DNA of 54,956 bases, counting the filler, from Sphacelaria rigidula (Eukaryota): NCBI GenBank assembly GCA_964200075.2. It is 3 parts of 3 records of this genome, joined end to end, with 100 filler letters (N's around TTAATTAATTAA, not from the genome) between each part and the next. Parts side by side here need not be neighbours in the genome. Positions count along the whole stretch, not along the records: positions 1 to 18,256 come from CAXNAA020000886.1; 2 more parts are not named here. One strand, written 5' to 3'. A program made the position numbers and the translations under genes. Below are positions 1 to 13,310 of this stretch, one piece after another. The notes beneath the pieces are model-generated. The model was given only the letters and a program-made list of their open reading frames with translations. It was not told the origin of the DNA and did not search any database. The number at the start of each line of letters is the position of its first letter. Position 1 is the first letter of the stretch.

Positions 1-216
1 TTCTGCGGTGCTTGCCCTTCTATTTTTTATCGCGAGAGGGGTTTAGCATCCCTTTCCCTCGTCGACCGTCAAGTCGAATTTTGTGTACCCACGACATAGC
101 CGCTCTACACTGTTGGGCATGGTGTGAGAAAAGATCCCAGATCGCTCCGGGAATCCAACCCCACTACTCGACCGTCAGAAGGTCACGAGGTTACCGACTG
201 AGCCACCGGGGCGACC
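1..216 (-). mobile_element. tRNA-derived SINE copy (cut by window edge) in an eIF3a intron
   Basis: Reverse complement starts GGTCGCCCCGGTGGCTCAGTCGGTAA (A-box) and has GGTTGGATTCC (B-box-like). The body aligns by eye with 15974-16190. Confidence 0.75.
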
Positions 217-298
217 GTAGTAAATACTTGAAACTTCGCTAATGTACGAACTTGTCCTCTCATGTGTTCCCTCTATGAACGCTATCGAAATGCAACAG

Positions 299-3200
299 GT
301 ACAAGTTCTACTCGTTGGGCCTGGAATACAACAAGACGCTCACGGCGGAGGGTAAAACGATACAGGCCAACTGCGTCCTCCTCGCCGCCATCTCGATCCC
401 CGAAATCAGGTACGGGAACAAGAAGTAATGTGTGTCTATATACTTTGCTCGTATGAAATGCATAAAGATACGGGTGCCCATATATGCCATGAAAATATCG
501 GTGGTCGGGCGTTGAGGGCGAGGGTGATGCCCAACCCACAATGCCCCCTCCCCATTTTGACATGTACGAGAGCCTCACTGGGAGCTCCGTCCGAGGCAAA
601 AATAAGCCGTTTGACTTTGTTCCCCTTGAAAATTGAATGCCCGAGGAATGGACGTGTGGCGATGACGCCTGAAACTTCCAGTGGTGATGAAAAACAGAGA
701 CGAACGCCGGTTAGGATTGAAGAAAACTCGACTAGCATACGAGCTGGGCCAGCCTAGAGACGGATTGGAAGTTTGCAGGCCCATGCTCTTTCATACACTT
801 ACAGTTGGGCCCTGAAATTTGGTACGGACAATGCATGAGGCATAATTTTATTTACTTCTGTACCAAAAGTTTTGTTTTCTTCTCTGTGAGTTAGGGGCAT
901 TTTACTTCAACTCATTAAAAAAAGCACTTTTGGTACTCCCGTAATTTTTTTCTTCATGCCCTATTCTGGGTCCAACTCATAACTCCGTTTTTAGGCTGGC
1001 CCAGCTCGAATGAGAATCGAGACGCACCAACACAGCGCACGGAAGAGTGGTAGTTATGGCGCTGCGGCATACATTCAACAGTTTGTCCGGCCGGACCAAT
1101 GAATCGATACGCGATCTTGGGGGACTTGATTTCGACGTATAATTGGTACTTTTCTTGTGTGTCACAAATGAATGCGTGCGGACACAAACAATGCGGGTAA
1201 ACTGAACGTTGATGGCTAGTGGCTACCCAGACCTAATAAGACGCGAGATATGTCACGCACGCATGGGTTTGAAGACACCGAGGACAACGTCAAAGGTGAT
1301 CATCTTGAAGTTCACTGAACGAAACTGTGATATCAAAGTCTCCAGCAGACGTCCCATAGGTTTTGCAGTTGCTCTGGAGCACGAGTACCCACAGCCAAGC
1401 TGTAAACACCCTGTCGGACCGCTGCGTACCAGAGTCGTCGCGCCCCGACTCCGTTGTAGCTGCAGACATGGTTTCGACGAAATGTTCGCCACTTGCACCT
1501 GTATACCGAGATCCCCCCCCCCCCCCCTCCCATTTCCATGCAAGCAAGGACCTCTTTGTCGCACTTGTAGCCTGTAGCGGCAAAGGGGCGACGCATGGGT
1601 CCTTCACCGATATACAACCCCAATGGGTGCCCAATACCCTAGTCCACGTGTTTGACTACCGATTGTACCGTGTTGAAGCTCTACATGGTGCACAAACACT
1701 ACGGAGTTGACGTACACCGTATACACAAACTGTAGGAATAGTGATGAACGTGTGGGGTATATCTCAAAGTTGTGTTCCGCGAAGAAATTGAGAACTTTCG
1801 AGTCCTGACTGCATGGACATTGTACAAGTACCCTAGCTCACGAATGGGTATTTTCATGAGGGTCCATCCGTACCCTGGGCAAACATCTCGCACAGATAGC
1901 TGTCGGGTAGCGGTACTGGAGGCTTCTTCAAGTTACGAAACTATCGGGTACGGATAATGCCCGAGTGAACACCAGGTTCCAATGGTGATGGACTCGTAGC
2001 AGTGGTGGTGCCCCGGATGTGGAATGGCGCAAACGCCTGGTTTGGTGAAGGCTTTTTTTGCATATGGAGTTTGATCCTCAACACTTTTGATACCGAAATA
2101 AAGCTGTGTTCATACATCGGTAGGTTGCGACCTGCTGCATACTTGGTGTTGACCTCAATACACACAGCAAGCGTCTACCCCTTGTCACCTTTTGGATGAT
2201 GAAAGAGAAACGCATCACGAGTAGCACGTGGCCCGTCCGGATGTCGAGTGTCCCGCTCGTCGCCGTTTATTTCATCCTCGATGCTAATGACGTGTAGTCT
2301 CGTCTCTTTGTACGAGTATCTACGTTTGATTGTATGTTGTCTTTTGTCGTGAATGCAAGCCGTTGCGAGGTGAACGTCAAACCGCTGGAACTACTTCGCG
2401 CTCGAACACGAGAACCGGCGTCTTCATGATGCATTTTGTTTTCACGTAATGTACTTGACCTTTCTATACCAAGACGTGGTCGGTATTTTGTCGTGACTAC
2501 GCCGTCGCCGTGTATCGCACTCACGTGGGCTTGACTTCCATCATCACCTTGCCTCTTTCTGTGGTGATCCACCTCATGTGTTGATGCTCGCACGATCTGT
2601 CAGATCCAGCTCGGCGAACGAAGTGTTCGACGAGGACGACTTGTCGAAGCAAAAAAACCAGCGCATGTCGACTCTCCTAGGGTTCAGCACCGATCCGTCT
2701 CGCGAGGCGTTGCTCGAAGAGCTCGTCAGGAAGGGCATCCTCGCACAGGTAACACTCTCGAGAGTAACACAATACTAGTCAGGTTTGGTACGAAATGCTT
2801 TCATCAAAGATGTCGAACTAAAAGGATTGTACTCTGAGTTGCATGGCAGTAACAGCAATGTGATGAGCACTGTTCGATACTTCAAGTCTGATCAGAGTTG
2901 GACTACTGGAAAAGAAGAACCTCGGTCTTGGCGACTCGGGATTGAACATGGATACTCGCAGAACGCAGCGCCTGTGTGGCGATTAGACACCGGGTTGATT
3001 ACCTCTGATGTGTGTATGTGCCCGTGTTTGCTGCAGGTGTCTCCAGAAATCGTCGCTCTGTACAACATCATTGAGACCAACTTCAAGCCGATGACTATCG
3101 TGAAAGATGCGCAGCCTCTGTTGCAGACCCTGAGCACCAATGGCACCAAGGAAGGGCACGAGGACCTTGCCACGTGAGCGAACATGATGCTGCTGAACCA

Positions 3201-3349
3201 GAACGCTGCAACTGGCCAGATTGATGATGGGGCGTTGAACACGGGGCGGTTTCGCTCCTGTGGTAGACCGTGATATATCGGGCGTGCTTGCAAGTCAGAC
3301 TGTGAACGAGATACAACGGGATGACCCCTGCTGCGTGTTGTTTTCCCTC

Positions 3350-3404
<55 letters not shown>

Positions 3405-6400
3405 TTCCTCTGCCCCTTCCCCCCCCCGCCGGTTCCCCGCTTTCTGTCTCTTCTCTCCCCCTCCCCTCCTCCNNNNNNNNNNGGGGCTTCGTTCAAGCCG
3501 GAATGGTAACGACAAAACACGGGATTCCCCCTGCTGGGGGTTTTTTTCCCCCCCCCCCCCCCCCCCCCCCCGCGCCCGCTCCCCTAATCCATGCTATTAC
3601 AGATATGTTCCGTCGCTAGAACGCATCGTGGTACTGCGGCTTTTGGCACAGCTTTCTTCCGTCTACCACACGGTCACCCTGGACAAACTACAGGTGATGA
3701 ACCAGTCCTGATGAGTTGATGAGAAGTCGTTAGTGTCACTGCGCCTGCTGTTTGGCACTGGGTTCGGACGTTCAAGTACAAGCCTTGGAGTAAAAAATGA
3801 GGCCGTTGTACAAGTGGAGGCGAAGGCGAAGGATGAGTCTGTGCGTGTGATGGCCTGACCTGAGTTGCGTTTTTGTCGGCACCGATGACGCAGGCGTACT
3901 TGTCCGGAGTGAGCCTGTCCTTCGAAGAGGTGGAGAAGCTGATCGTCAAGGCCGTGAAGCAGAGGCAGGTCAAGGTCACCATGGACCACAAGGTGACGAG
4001 AATGCCGCTGCGTTTTATCAACACAGTTTGACATGGGCTGGTCTTGTGGCTTCGCCCGACACACATACCTCCCCGCGTTTGGTTTTTTGGTGCTCCGCTC
4101 TTTGTCTGACTTTGCCGACCGTCTCACCGCCTCTCTGCCTGTAAGATTGAGATTCGCGCGAGCTCGCCCTTGTCCGGACCCGTCGCTGTTCCTGCTCTGG
4201 CGAGTCAGCATCTCTCTTTGTCCCTCCTCGACATTGCGGTTCGCTCTCGTTTCCACGTGTTATTCTGATGCCGTCCCTATGGTTCTGGGTCCGTGCTCGG
4301 TGAGGGACGTTGTGGTCATGCACATGGAATGGAAAAGGCCTGTTTTGTTCCCCTTGGGGCCGTTGGTATCTTTGTGCTTGGCGCACACGTTCTGCGTGCT
4401 GGTTGTGGACAGGCCTTTTGTTGTAGCATGCCATCGCTGCACCATAGTTTTATTTTTGACGGATGTTTTCTGTTGATGTGTATGCCTTCGTCTGTTCTGG
4501 TCCATTTTGGTCTGTTTTCGTCATTCCCAGGCGCGTTGTCTCCGTTTCGGCGCTGAGGTCCTCGAGAGCGAGTCTATGCGAACGCAGCTGAGCACGCTGG
4601 CCAAGCAGCTACACAAGGCCGTCAATCTCGTCCGGCCGCAAGAGCAGACTAGCAAACAGAAGCAGCAGAGGGTGGCCTTCTTCGACCGAGTGGTGGGTGC
4701 TGCGGTCATGATTGTTGCCCCTACAGGAGGTGCACGGTATGACTTTGTTGGTCGTGATCAATATCCAGCCGGTTTCAACTGTTGGTCGTTAGTACCGTGG
4801 CCATGCGTGCTACATCTGCACTACGTGGTCACCCATGCGTCCGTGGTCGCCAAATGACTCCTGCATTAACGCTCGTTCAGCGTCTAGTGATGGTTGTGAC
4901 AGGGTCATCCCCTTCCTGAGCTTCTCACCTGTTGGTGGGTGAGGGCAGTTAGTCTTGAACAAACGCCCATCAGTTGAAAGTAACTATAAATTCATTCAAC
5001 TATACGGGCGACGAAGAAAAAGGCGCCCCTAGACTCTTCCAGCGATGAAACAGCGATGAAAGTAAGGCAAGCACCGCAGGTGCGAGGTGAAATGCTACAA
5101 GCAGAATGAATGAGAAATAACCTCCCGTGTTGATCCTCTTCCTGTGCGACCCCTGGTGTCGAGTCAAAATTGGATAACGAGACGCATACACGAGTTATTA
5201 GATGACAAGGGCTCATGATCTGGCGTGTGGCCCGGGGACGGGAGGGGAGGGTTTGAAAAGGGTTGAATCCGCGTCTAGGCCGGCCTACAGGCTGATCCAC
5301 GGGGAAAAACCCAAATTCTGTCATCGGTAAATGCCTCATGCAATAAGCACCCAATAGTCGCATACATGGTTTAATACTGACCGCAATGAACAGACGAAGA
5401 GTGTGAAACAGCCGGATTTTTCTCGAGGCTTGAGCGGTGGCGCTCTGGACAATGATGTGTCTCGACCAATCAGCGCCTTTAAACCTTCCGAAATCGAGAA
5501 CACGATTTTCAAGCCCAATTTACACCGAACCCCCCCACATGCCTCAAATCGTAGTGACCCGTCATCACCTCGAGAATCTAACGGGAGAAACGGATTTGAA
5601 AACAGTTCCAACGGGGTCGAATCATACCCGAAACCGTAATGTTTCGGTGATGTGGAGTTTGGCGTCTATTTCCCACTCGTGATGCGCAGGAAGGACTCAA
5701 GGAGCCTCGTGACGATTTCCCTTATATCTGTTGTAGCAACGCTCGGATTATCCTCAAATTTGGCAGTTCCGTAGGTATTAATGCTCCAAATGGGGAAACT
5801 GTGTGGTTGACCAGGGTTCAAAGTTTACTCGATCTCTACCGGCTTCCGGGGGTCACCCTACAGAGACCATCGAAAGGCTGTACAGAATTACTCAAAGGAA
5901 AAAAATAATAACATGATGTGTCCCATGATGGTCCAAGAAACACTTATACAATTTTTGGTGGAGAAACTCGGAAATTCTTCACCATTTTCCCTTCCTAGAC
6001 GTGAAATTCACCCTCGAAGATTTTTTCATACTTGAACCAAGTAGTCAGGAGGTTGCACGTTTTAAGCTCACGTCCTCGCACATACGCGCAATCTTGACGC
6101 ATGTGTTATGAGTCAAAATATAGAACTTCGCACGAATGTGCTATAAATTATCACGCAAGTTTCAATCAATGAGGTTTTCCTAATTCTTTAATTTTCACTT
6201 GTTGTTCGAGGTCATCCGTTCTGGGACCCCGGGAAATCGGCACGAAAGTCTTTTTTTGATTTTTTTCGCGAACGCTCTGCTGCCGCACACCCAAGAAAAA
6301 TCCCCACTAAGTGTCGCGACCGAATTCATTTAACTGGTGCTTGAATTTTCATGTTTGTGTCGAAAAAAGCCCTAAAACGATATCTTCATACCAAAATCTA

Positions 6401-9400
6401 GTTGTTTGCCGTTTCACCGTGACTCGGCAAGGTTCATCACAAAAACGCGAATAACTTCACGCCGTTTGAAGAAGTTGGACCCTGAAATTTTGCACAGGTG
6501 TTCTATGGGTATTAACGCGTCTTTGCAAGAACGAGTTTTTTTTTCACCGTTTTACGGGGGTCCGACTGGATCCAAGTTTTTCCGACAAAACGGGGACCCC
6601 GGAAAAACGGGGAAGAAGTCAAGAACTAAAAAAAAACTCGTCTTGGCAAAGATGCCGAATGACCCATAAAACACCTCTGCAAAATTTTATCGTCTAAATC
6701 TTTTAAACGGCGTGAAGTTTTGCCGATGAGTGTTTTCAAATTAAACAACAGAGGCGAGGGGAGCGGGCGGGGGTACGGTGCCGGAACGGAGACGCACGAT
6801 GCCTCGAAAGCACACGAAGTGTGGCGTCGCCCGGATGACTGTACGTCTTGCCTCGTGCGTAGTACGTGAGCCGGAAACTGGACTCACCTGGTGAATCAGT
6901 CACGATGATGCCCAGTAATTGAAAAATCAGCGCCTGTGGAATAAACGGGTGTACCCATAGTCGATTCTTCTCATGGTCAAAAATCTGGTGAAGTTATTGA
7001 GACCAACTCGTCGAATTGATGCTAATGTGTTGTGGTTGACTTGATGTTCCGATAGGTGAGCGGTATGCCGAGGGAGCACACTGACGCTTTGAGCCGCAAG
7101 AACATGATCGAGAAACGAAAGGAGGAGGCAGAGAGGCGTGAGCAGGAGAAGACAAGGGAGGAGGCCAGGCAGAGGTTGGAAGAGGAGCAACGGAGAAAGG
7201 CTGACGAAAGCCAAAGGCTAGCCAGAGAAGCTAAGCTGCGAGAGAAGGAAAAAATTGACAAGGTGGGTCACTGGGGCATGTCGCACATGGAAGGCACTGG
7301 AAATCATTGACGAATAAACGTACAGCTTGTTTCTAGTTAAGAGTTGATTCTAGGTGTGGTGGTGAGATGCATTAGGAAGGAAGAGGGGATGGAGTACAGA
7401 AATGAGATGTCATGAAAAACAGTGTTGACCCTTTTGGGACCGACCCCCGACTAACACAGGGTCAACGCTGTGTTGGTGAATTAATTGAGAAAAAGTATTC
7501 GAGCGAGCGACCTGCCCAATCACGGCGAGGCGAACTTTATCGGCCGGACCCGAACGACCAGCGTGGGGATTGTTGGCGGGTGTAATGCCAGTACAAAGAT
7601 CGTGTGGGAGCCCTATCCCTGGCCCAGATGAGCCTTTCCAAGTTTTCAAGTGCAGGGCGGCCGGAACTTGGTCATGTGATATTACTTGTACTCATTACAG
7701 CGTTCCCTAGTTTTCCTGTGGGTTCTTTTGGTCACAATTTGACACTAAAACGTGGTAATTACACAAATACAGGGTCAACCCGAAAAACCGGGAAGGAGTG
7801 TACATACCACCGTGTGGTCATTTTCACCACGGCCTAAAACCAGGTGGGCCGTGTAAAGACGAAATGAGCTACCGTCATGAATTCTGCTCATCTCCCTGCC
7901 AATGACATGCAGTGTGCAATTAACATGTATGTAGTGGGCGGGGATGAAAAGGCGGTACGTAGGCAGTTGATCCCGGTAGCTGAGAACTGCCCAGAACGTG
8001 CAAGGCAGTATGCAGCGGCAGCTGCTGCTTCAGTCGGAGAGGCATACTACAGTGTACTGTACTACACTGTTGTATGCATGCGCGCCGCAACGTTGATACC
8101 CTTCGGAGAGAAATGGCCGCATGCAACAAGGGGGGAAATGGCGGCCCGCCCCCAGCACAAGAGGCTGTGTGACACGGTGATCGGGACAACAGTATTATCC
8201 ACAGCCACGAGTGGCGGGCGGTCCGCCGGTCGCCGCATCCCATTGGAAGCTCTCCACCGCGACCCATACTGCTTGCTACATCAGATGTACACCACCCAAT
8301 GGGCACCTTGCACCTGAAAATAGATTGGATGAAACTCTCAGTCTTCGTCATAACCCTGCGGTTACATGAATGGATTTTCAGCAACACCCCCCTGTTTCGT
8401 GCAGACACCAGACACGTCATTCCTGACCAGCCTACTTGGTCGTTCTTGAGGCCCGGTCCCGAAAGGGTCAACATGGGAACAGGGGCGAGTCGTTCTCAAA
8501 ATGGAGATATCGTCGAACTGTTGGTGATTTATGTCGCTTGTTCATTGCTAAGCTCACGAATGAAACAATGGGGGACACACTTGTTGCTTCGAAATCTGCC
8601 CTCCACTTTATTGACCCGTAGTGTTTCATGACGATTTCGCCCATTTTCAGCCCGTCTTGACCTTGGTCATCTGATAGTTTTACAGGATTGAATCGTCGTG
8701 CGCGAGACTGTGAGAGGCTGAGGTCACGTGTACGTCCGCGCAAGTTGTTTCCTTAAGCCCTCCGTCTGTTGCATTATTGTGCTTGTTGTTGATCAGATCA
8801 CGCGCGAGCTCGAACTTCAGCAAACGAAGGAGATGCTGGCCAAGCTGGGTAAGAAGGTGGACAACGTCGAGAAAATGGACAAGTCTGGAAGAGAGGTGAG
8901 TTGTCGTGGCACACTGCCCTTTTTGTCTTGTACTTCCATGTCTTCCATAGTAAATACGTTTCCAGCCGGGTTGTTCATGCGATCTGTCTCGAGAGCTTGG
9001 CGTTACACTGTCAACGACAACCTCCTGATAAATGGGAGTATTTACTTGTATTACCCAATGTGCGGAAATAATAATAATAATAAAATAAAAAACCCAATGA
9101 AACCAATTAATACTAACTTGTGCTCTGGAAGGAGAAGACGATCTGTTTATTTTACCAAAATCTACCGACGCTAGCATTTACGAGTTTTATCGAGGGTTAG
9201 TGGCAACCCTCTTCCCCCTTCTGAACACATGATAGTTCGGGCGCCGGGCACTGTATGATGCCTCGATAATGGTATACGAAGACTTTTTTCCCTGTAGTGC
9301 GATATGCTTTTTTGACAAGACCAGGACGCTTCGTGTACAGTAAACTGCTGCATGTACCCTTGTATTGTCACTCACTTCATGGGATGCCACACGAGGGAGA

Positions 9401-12400
9401 TTGAGGGCAGGGATCGTAGCATGTACGAGTTTTTTTTCTCCTCTGCCTCTCTGCATCACGACACGAAATAGTTGTTGGCCGCACGCTGCGGACCGGTGCG
9501 ACTACTTACATGATGGATTTTAGACGCAGACAACATACCGACGCCAATTCGATGGTGTCCATAAGACAGTATGCACAATTTCGTTCGTGGTTTTTTTTCT
9601 GGCGCCGGGATCGTGTACTGCAAATTGTACTCATGATTTGTCCAAACATGATTCGAGCGTTTGTGCGCCCCCCCCCCCCCCCCCCCTCCCTTCATCGACC
9701 TTTGTGTTCATATCAACAGGAACTCATCCGAAAGACGCAAGACTCGGTGATCAAGGAGAAAGAAGACGAGGATGCGCGAATGAAGGCACAGGCCAAGCGC
9801 CTAGATTACATTACCCGAGCGCTGCGTCTCGAAGAAATGCCCGTTCTGCGCAACAAGTACAACGCCCAGGTACGACGGTAGCCTCATTCCGCCCCGTAAT
9901 TGCGTGTGGTGAGAAGCCGTATACAAGTGTCCAGCTACAGATCCTGCTGATGTGTAATGTCAAATTCATGGGTTGGAGAGAACGTTCATTGCTGTGTGTC
10001 TACGCGTTTCCTTCATCTTGTGGTCCTGTTCCGATTGGCCGAGTAGGTGGCTCAAGACGAGGCGGAGCATGCCAGGCGCTGGGAGGCACACCTCCAAGCA
10101 CACAAGAAGGTACGAGTATGGTACGCCGGTACTTTCGTACTGTTGAAACGCACAAATATGTTACCGCACGAATGTGTTGCCAAGGTACATGGGTCATCGA
10201 ACCACCAAGACGTTTTTTCATCATCGCACGTCTTCCCGGAACGGTCACGGAGCCGACCAACCATGTCAACCGCTCAACCATTGGCATTGTGCGAATACGA
10301 CCTGCACGCTGCTTTTAAACCCTCGGTAGAGACCACGTTGAACGCTGTTCGGTGCACTCTTATTGAATGGCGCTTCCTTAAAATGTAAGGGAGCAGAGTG
10401 TTTACAGGCATACTTGGGCACAGAAGAAGGGTCCGAAAATGTGAAAATCGAAGAAGCACGGATGTATGGCGCTGTTCGTAACAGTTGTCCTTGAAACGAT
10501 CGGGCACAGGGGTACACCAATCGAGGTCTACGACCACATTTTCTGTCGTCGTACCGACCGAGGATCCTTACCGAGTGGAATATGTGATCCAGGGCCCCCC
10601 GCCCATTGCACCCAAACTAAGGTCGCCACGAGAAAATTTCCGTCGAAAAGGAGGGTTTTCGAGTTTTTGACACTCACACTGAGAACGAGTTTTTCCGGAG
10701 CCCTGCATCACGTACTCAAGTTTGTGAGCCCCCTCGTACCGACTGCATCCCCTTGCATTAGTCCTTATACCAACCCGTTGGCTACTCTCGTTTCTGATTT
10801 TTCTGAGGTGAGAAAAACCCGCGAACAAACGTGTACCTCATGCAGAATTTTGGATGATGACACGATTAGGTCCGTCTAGATGGCCGAGTGTATGTTGTTT
10901 GCAACGCTGTTTCAAACAAGACATAGCTACTAGTTGTTGTTCTTATTATTATTGTTGTTGTTGTTGTTGTTGTTGTCTTCACATGAAAAAGTCGTTCCGG
11001 TATCTGCGCAGTGCTGTACTGGGCATCTGACCCGGACGTCTTCCGTCGTCAGTTGATATACGTGATTCCCATGGCTATTGTTGAAGAGCTGATGGCGAAG
11101 GCTGTACTGAGATATCTGATCGTGGTTATGTTAAATTTGTTGTGCCTCGTCTATTGTTCAGGCGTGGGAAAAGGATATGGAGGACAAGGTCGCGGTAGCG
11201 CACATGTACGAAGACGCCGAAGTCTTCCAGTCGAGCATTCTGGAGGCGAGGCAGATGGAGCACGCCGAGGAAGTTCGGGCGGCGGAAGAGAGGGCCAGGC
11301 TTTTACACAAGCAGAAGAAGGTGGGCTGCTCGAGTCTTCATCAAGCTACCTCTTTGCCCAATGTTTCGAGCCCGCTGGCTTCGAAACTAGTGACGTTTAG
11401 GTTGTATGCCGCACCAGCCTTTTCCCGTTTTTCGAACAGGTATTTATTGTCTTGCACTCTCTTTCACTTTCTGATTGTTTGAAGTGCGACTGATTCCGCC
11501 AAGTCCGGAGTACCTTTGAGCGTGGTTGTGTCGTTACCTCCCACCGAGCGCTTCCTTAGTTCTGTCAATTTTTCGAAATATCCGTGCTTTGCATGTTTTC
11601 TGGTGATCGCCTAGACGGAGCGAGCCATGGCCCGGATGCGGAAGGCTGAGGAAGAGGCGGAAAGGGCGAGAGAAGAGGAGGAGCGTCAGGAGCGTGAGGC
11701 TGAGGAGGCGTCTCGCAGGTGCCCTTGCTTATCCTGGGCAGTCTATAGTCTTTTCATCATGGTATTCGTGTTGTAGGCTCACCACGTCGTGCACGGTAGA
11801 TGAAGGCATCGAATCCCGAAGCCCATGCCCAGTGCCTCGCTCTCATGATTCGAGAGGGACAAATACCTTTGCTATCGTATCGGCTGCGCACGTGTAAAAA
11901 ATGTCCGCCACTGGTGATATCAGGTACAATGCGCGCATCTCGGCCCTCCTCAGTCGTCCCTCAAGTTGTGATGCTTCCAAGGGTCGGACAAATGATGAGT
12001 CGTCTTGAAATTACTTGATTTTGGTAAAACTTATTTGAATCGTATGCATCAATCCCTGGGGTTTGTTTTCAGCGTTGCAACCCAGGTATACGCAGCCCAG
12101 ACACGTGGAATGGCGCGGAAGTTGCGTTGATACCGCTTTGACGAGCTGTCAACCTTTTTGGCCCTCTTGGGCAATCAGGCCGAAGAAACCGTAGTCGTGT
12201 TGATTCGTCGTAAGCGGGGATGCTTTCACTCGACGAAAGCCGCACGTCTTGATTCCGTCCGCTGTATTTCCCTCGGCAATGGAAAATTGTTACCTGGCCG
12301 ACCTGTCAGACGCTCGGTTTATGCGTAGTGTGCGGCATTTTGTGTTTTGATGACACAGCCACTGGCTGAAGCATTGCGGTCCAGCTCTTTCGGCCGTCCA

Positions 12401-13269
12401 CCTGAGGTATCTCCGTGTGTCCGCATCGTGGAATGATATTTACAGACCCGTTAGAAATCGGTCGTGAGCTCTTAGTGTGGGAATTATCTTATGGGCACCA
12501 TCGGTGATGTGCTGTCTTTGGCCGTGCGCTGTCCCGGATATTGATTGTGTTCAGGGAGGCGCTAGAAGCTGAACGTAGAGCTGCTGAGGAAGAGGCGGAG
12601 GCTAAGAGGCAGGCGGAACAGAAAGCCCGCAATGAGGTGCGTCACGACAGATTATCTGACTCGAATGTGCTTTTTTGATACTGTGTAGACCCTCCTGGCC
12701 GCCCCATGGAAGTCACTTGATTCCCGTTCTGCCTGCAAAGTAGTGCATGCTACTGGAAGAGATGCTTGTTGGAAGAATCGCGAGGTATCGGGAGTTATGC
12801 ACTGGCAAGCCACTTGGTTTGTGCGCGAAGCTCACCCCGTTCTGAGTCATGGGCCGTAAAGCTACACGGAGGATACAGACCCTTGTCGAAATTACTTCGT
12901 GTCCTTCTCCTTCTCTCGTGCAGAAGTTGAGGTCTGTACATTATTTTTTTTCCTTCGCAGATTGCATGGTATGGTCGGATGTGACGGCGTATGATCTAAA
13001 AACAAAACGAGAGTGATGATGGCTGAGGTGCCGTGGTTCCAATCCGATGAGAGAAAATTCGGTCTGCCTACTCGATATACCCCGAGAAAGCAGAGCAGCG
13101 TCATTCACGACCGCTGAGATTGTTGTAGTCGTTGCGTCTCTCAATGTCACCCGTCTCGTACTACGCTGCGCTGCAAAACAACACTCCTGATTGAAAACAT
13201 CGTAGTTGCACCCCCGCCCCCACCCCGCGAGGTCCATAGCCGTACTAATTTGTCATCCTTGATCATAAA

Positions 13270-13310
<41 letters not shown>

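Noticed and set aside
1741..1808. Intronic C/D-box snoRNA (GTGATGA ... CTGA, ~68 nt)
   Set aside because: There is no convincing terminal stem and I could not identify an rRNA-complementary guide; snoscan or Infernal would be needed.
2892..3619. Poly-Gly/poly-Pro ORFs (also 13147-13918)
   Set aside because: They are translations of intronic poly-C tracts, partly spanning an N gap.
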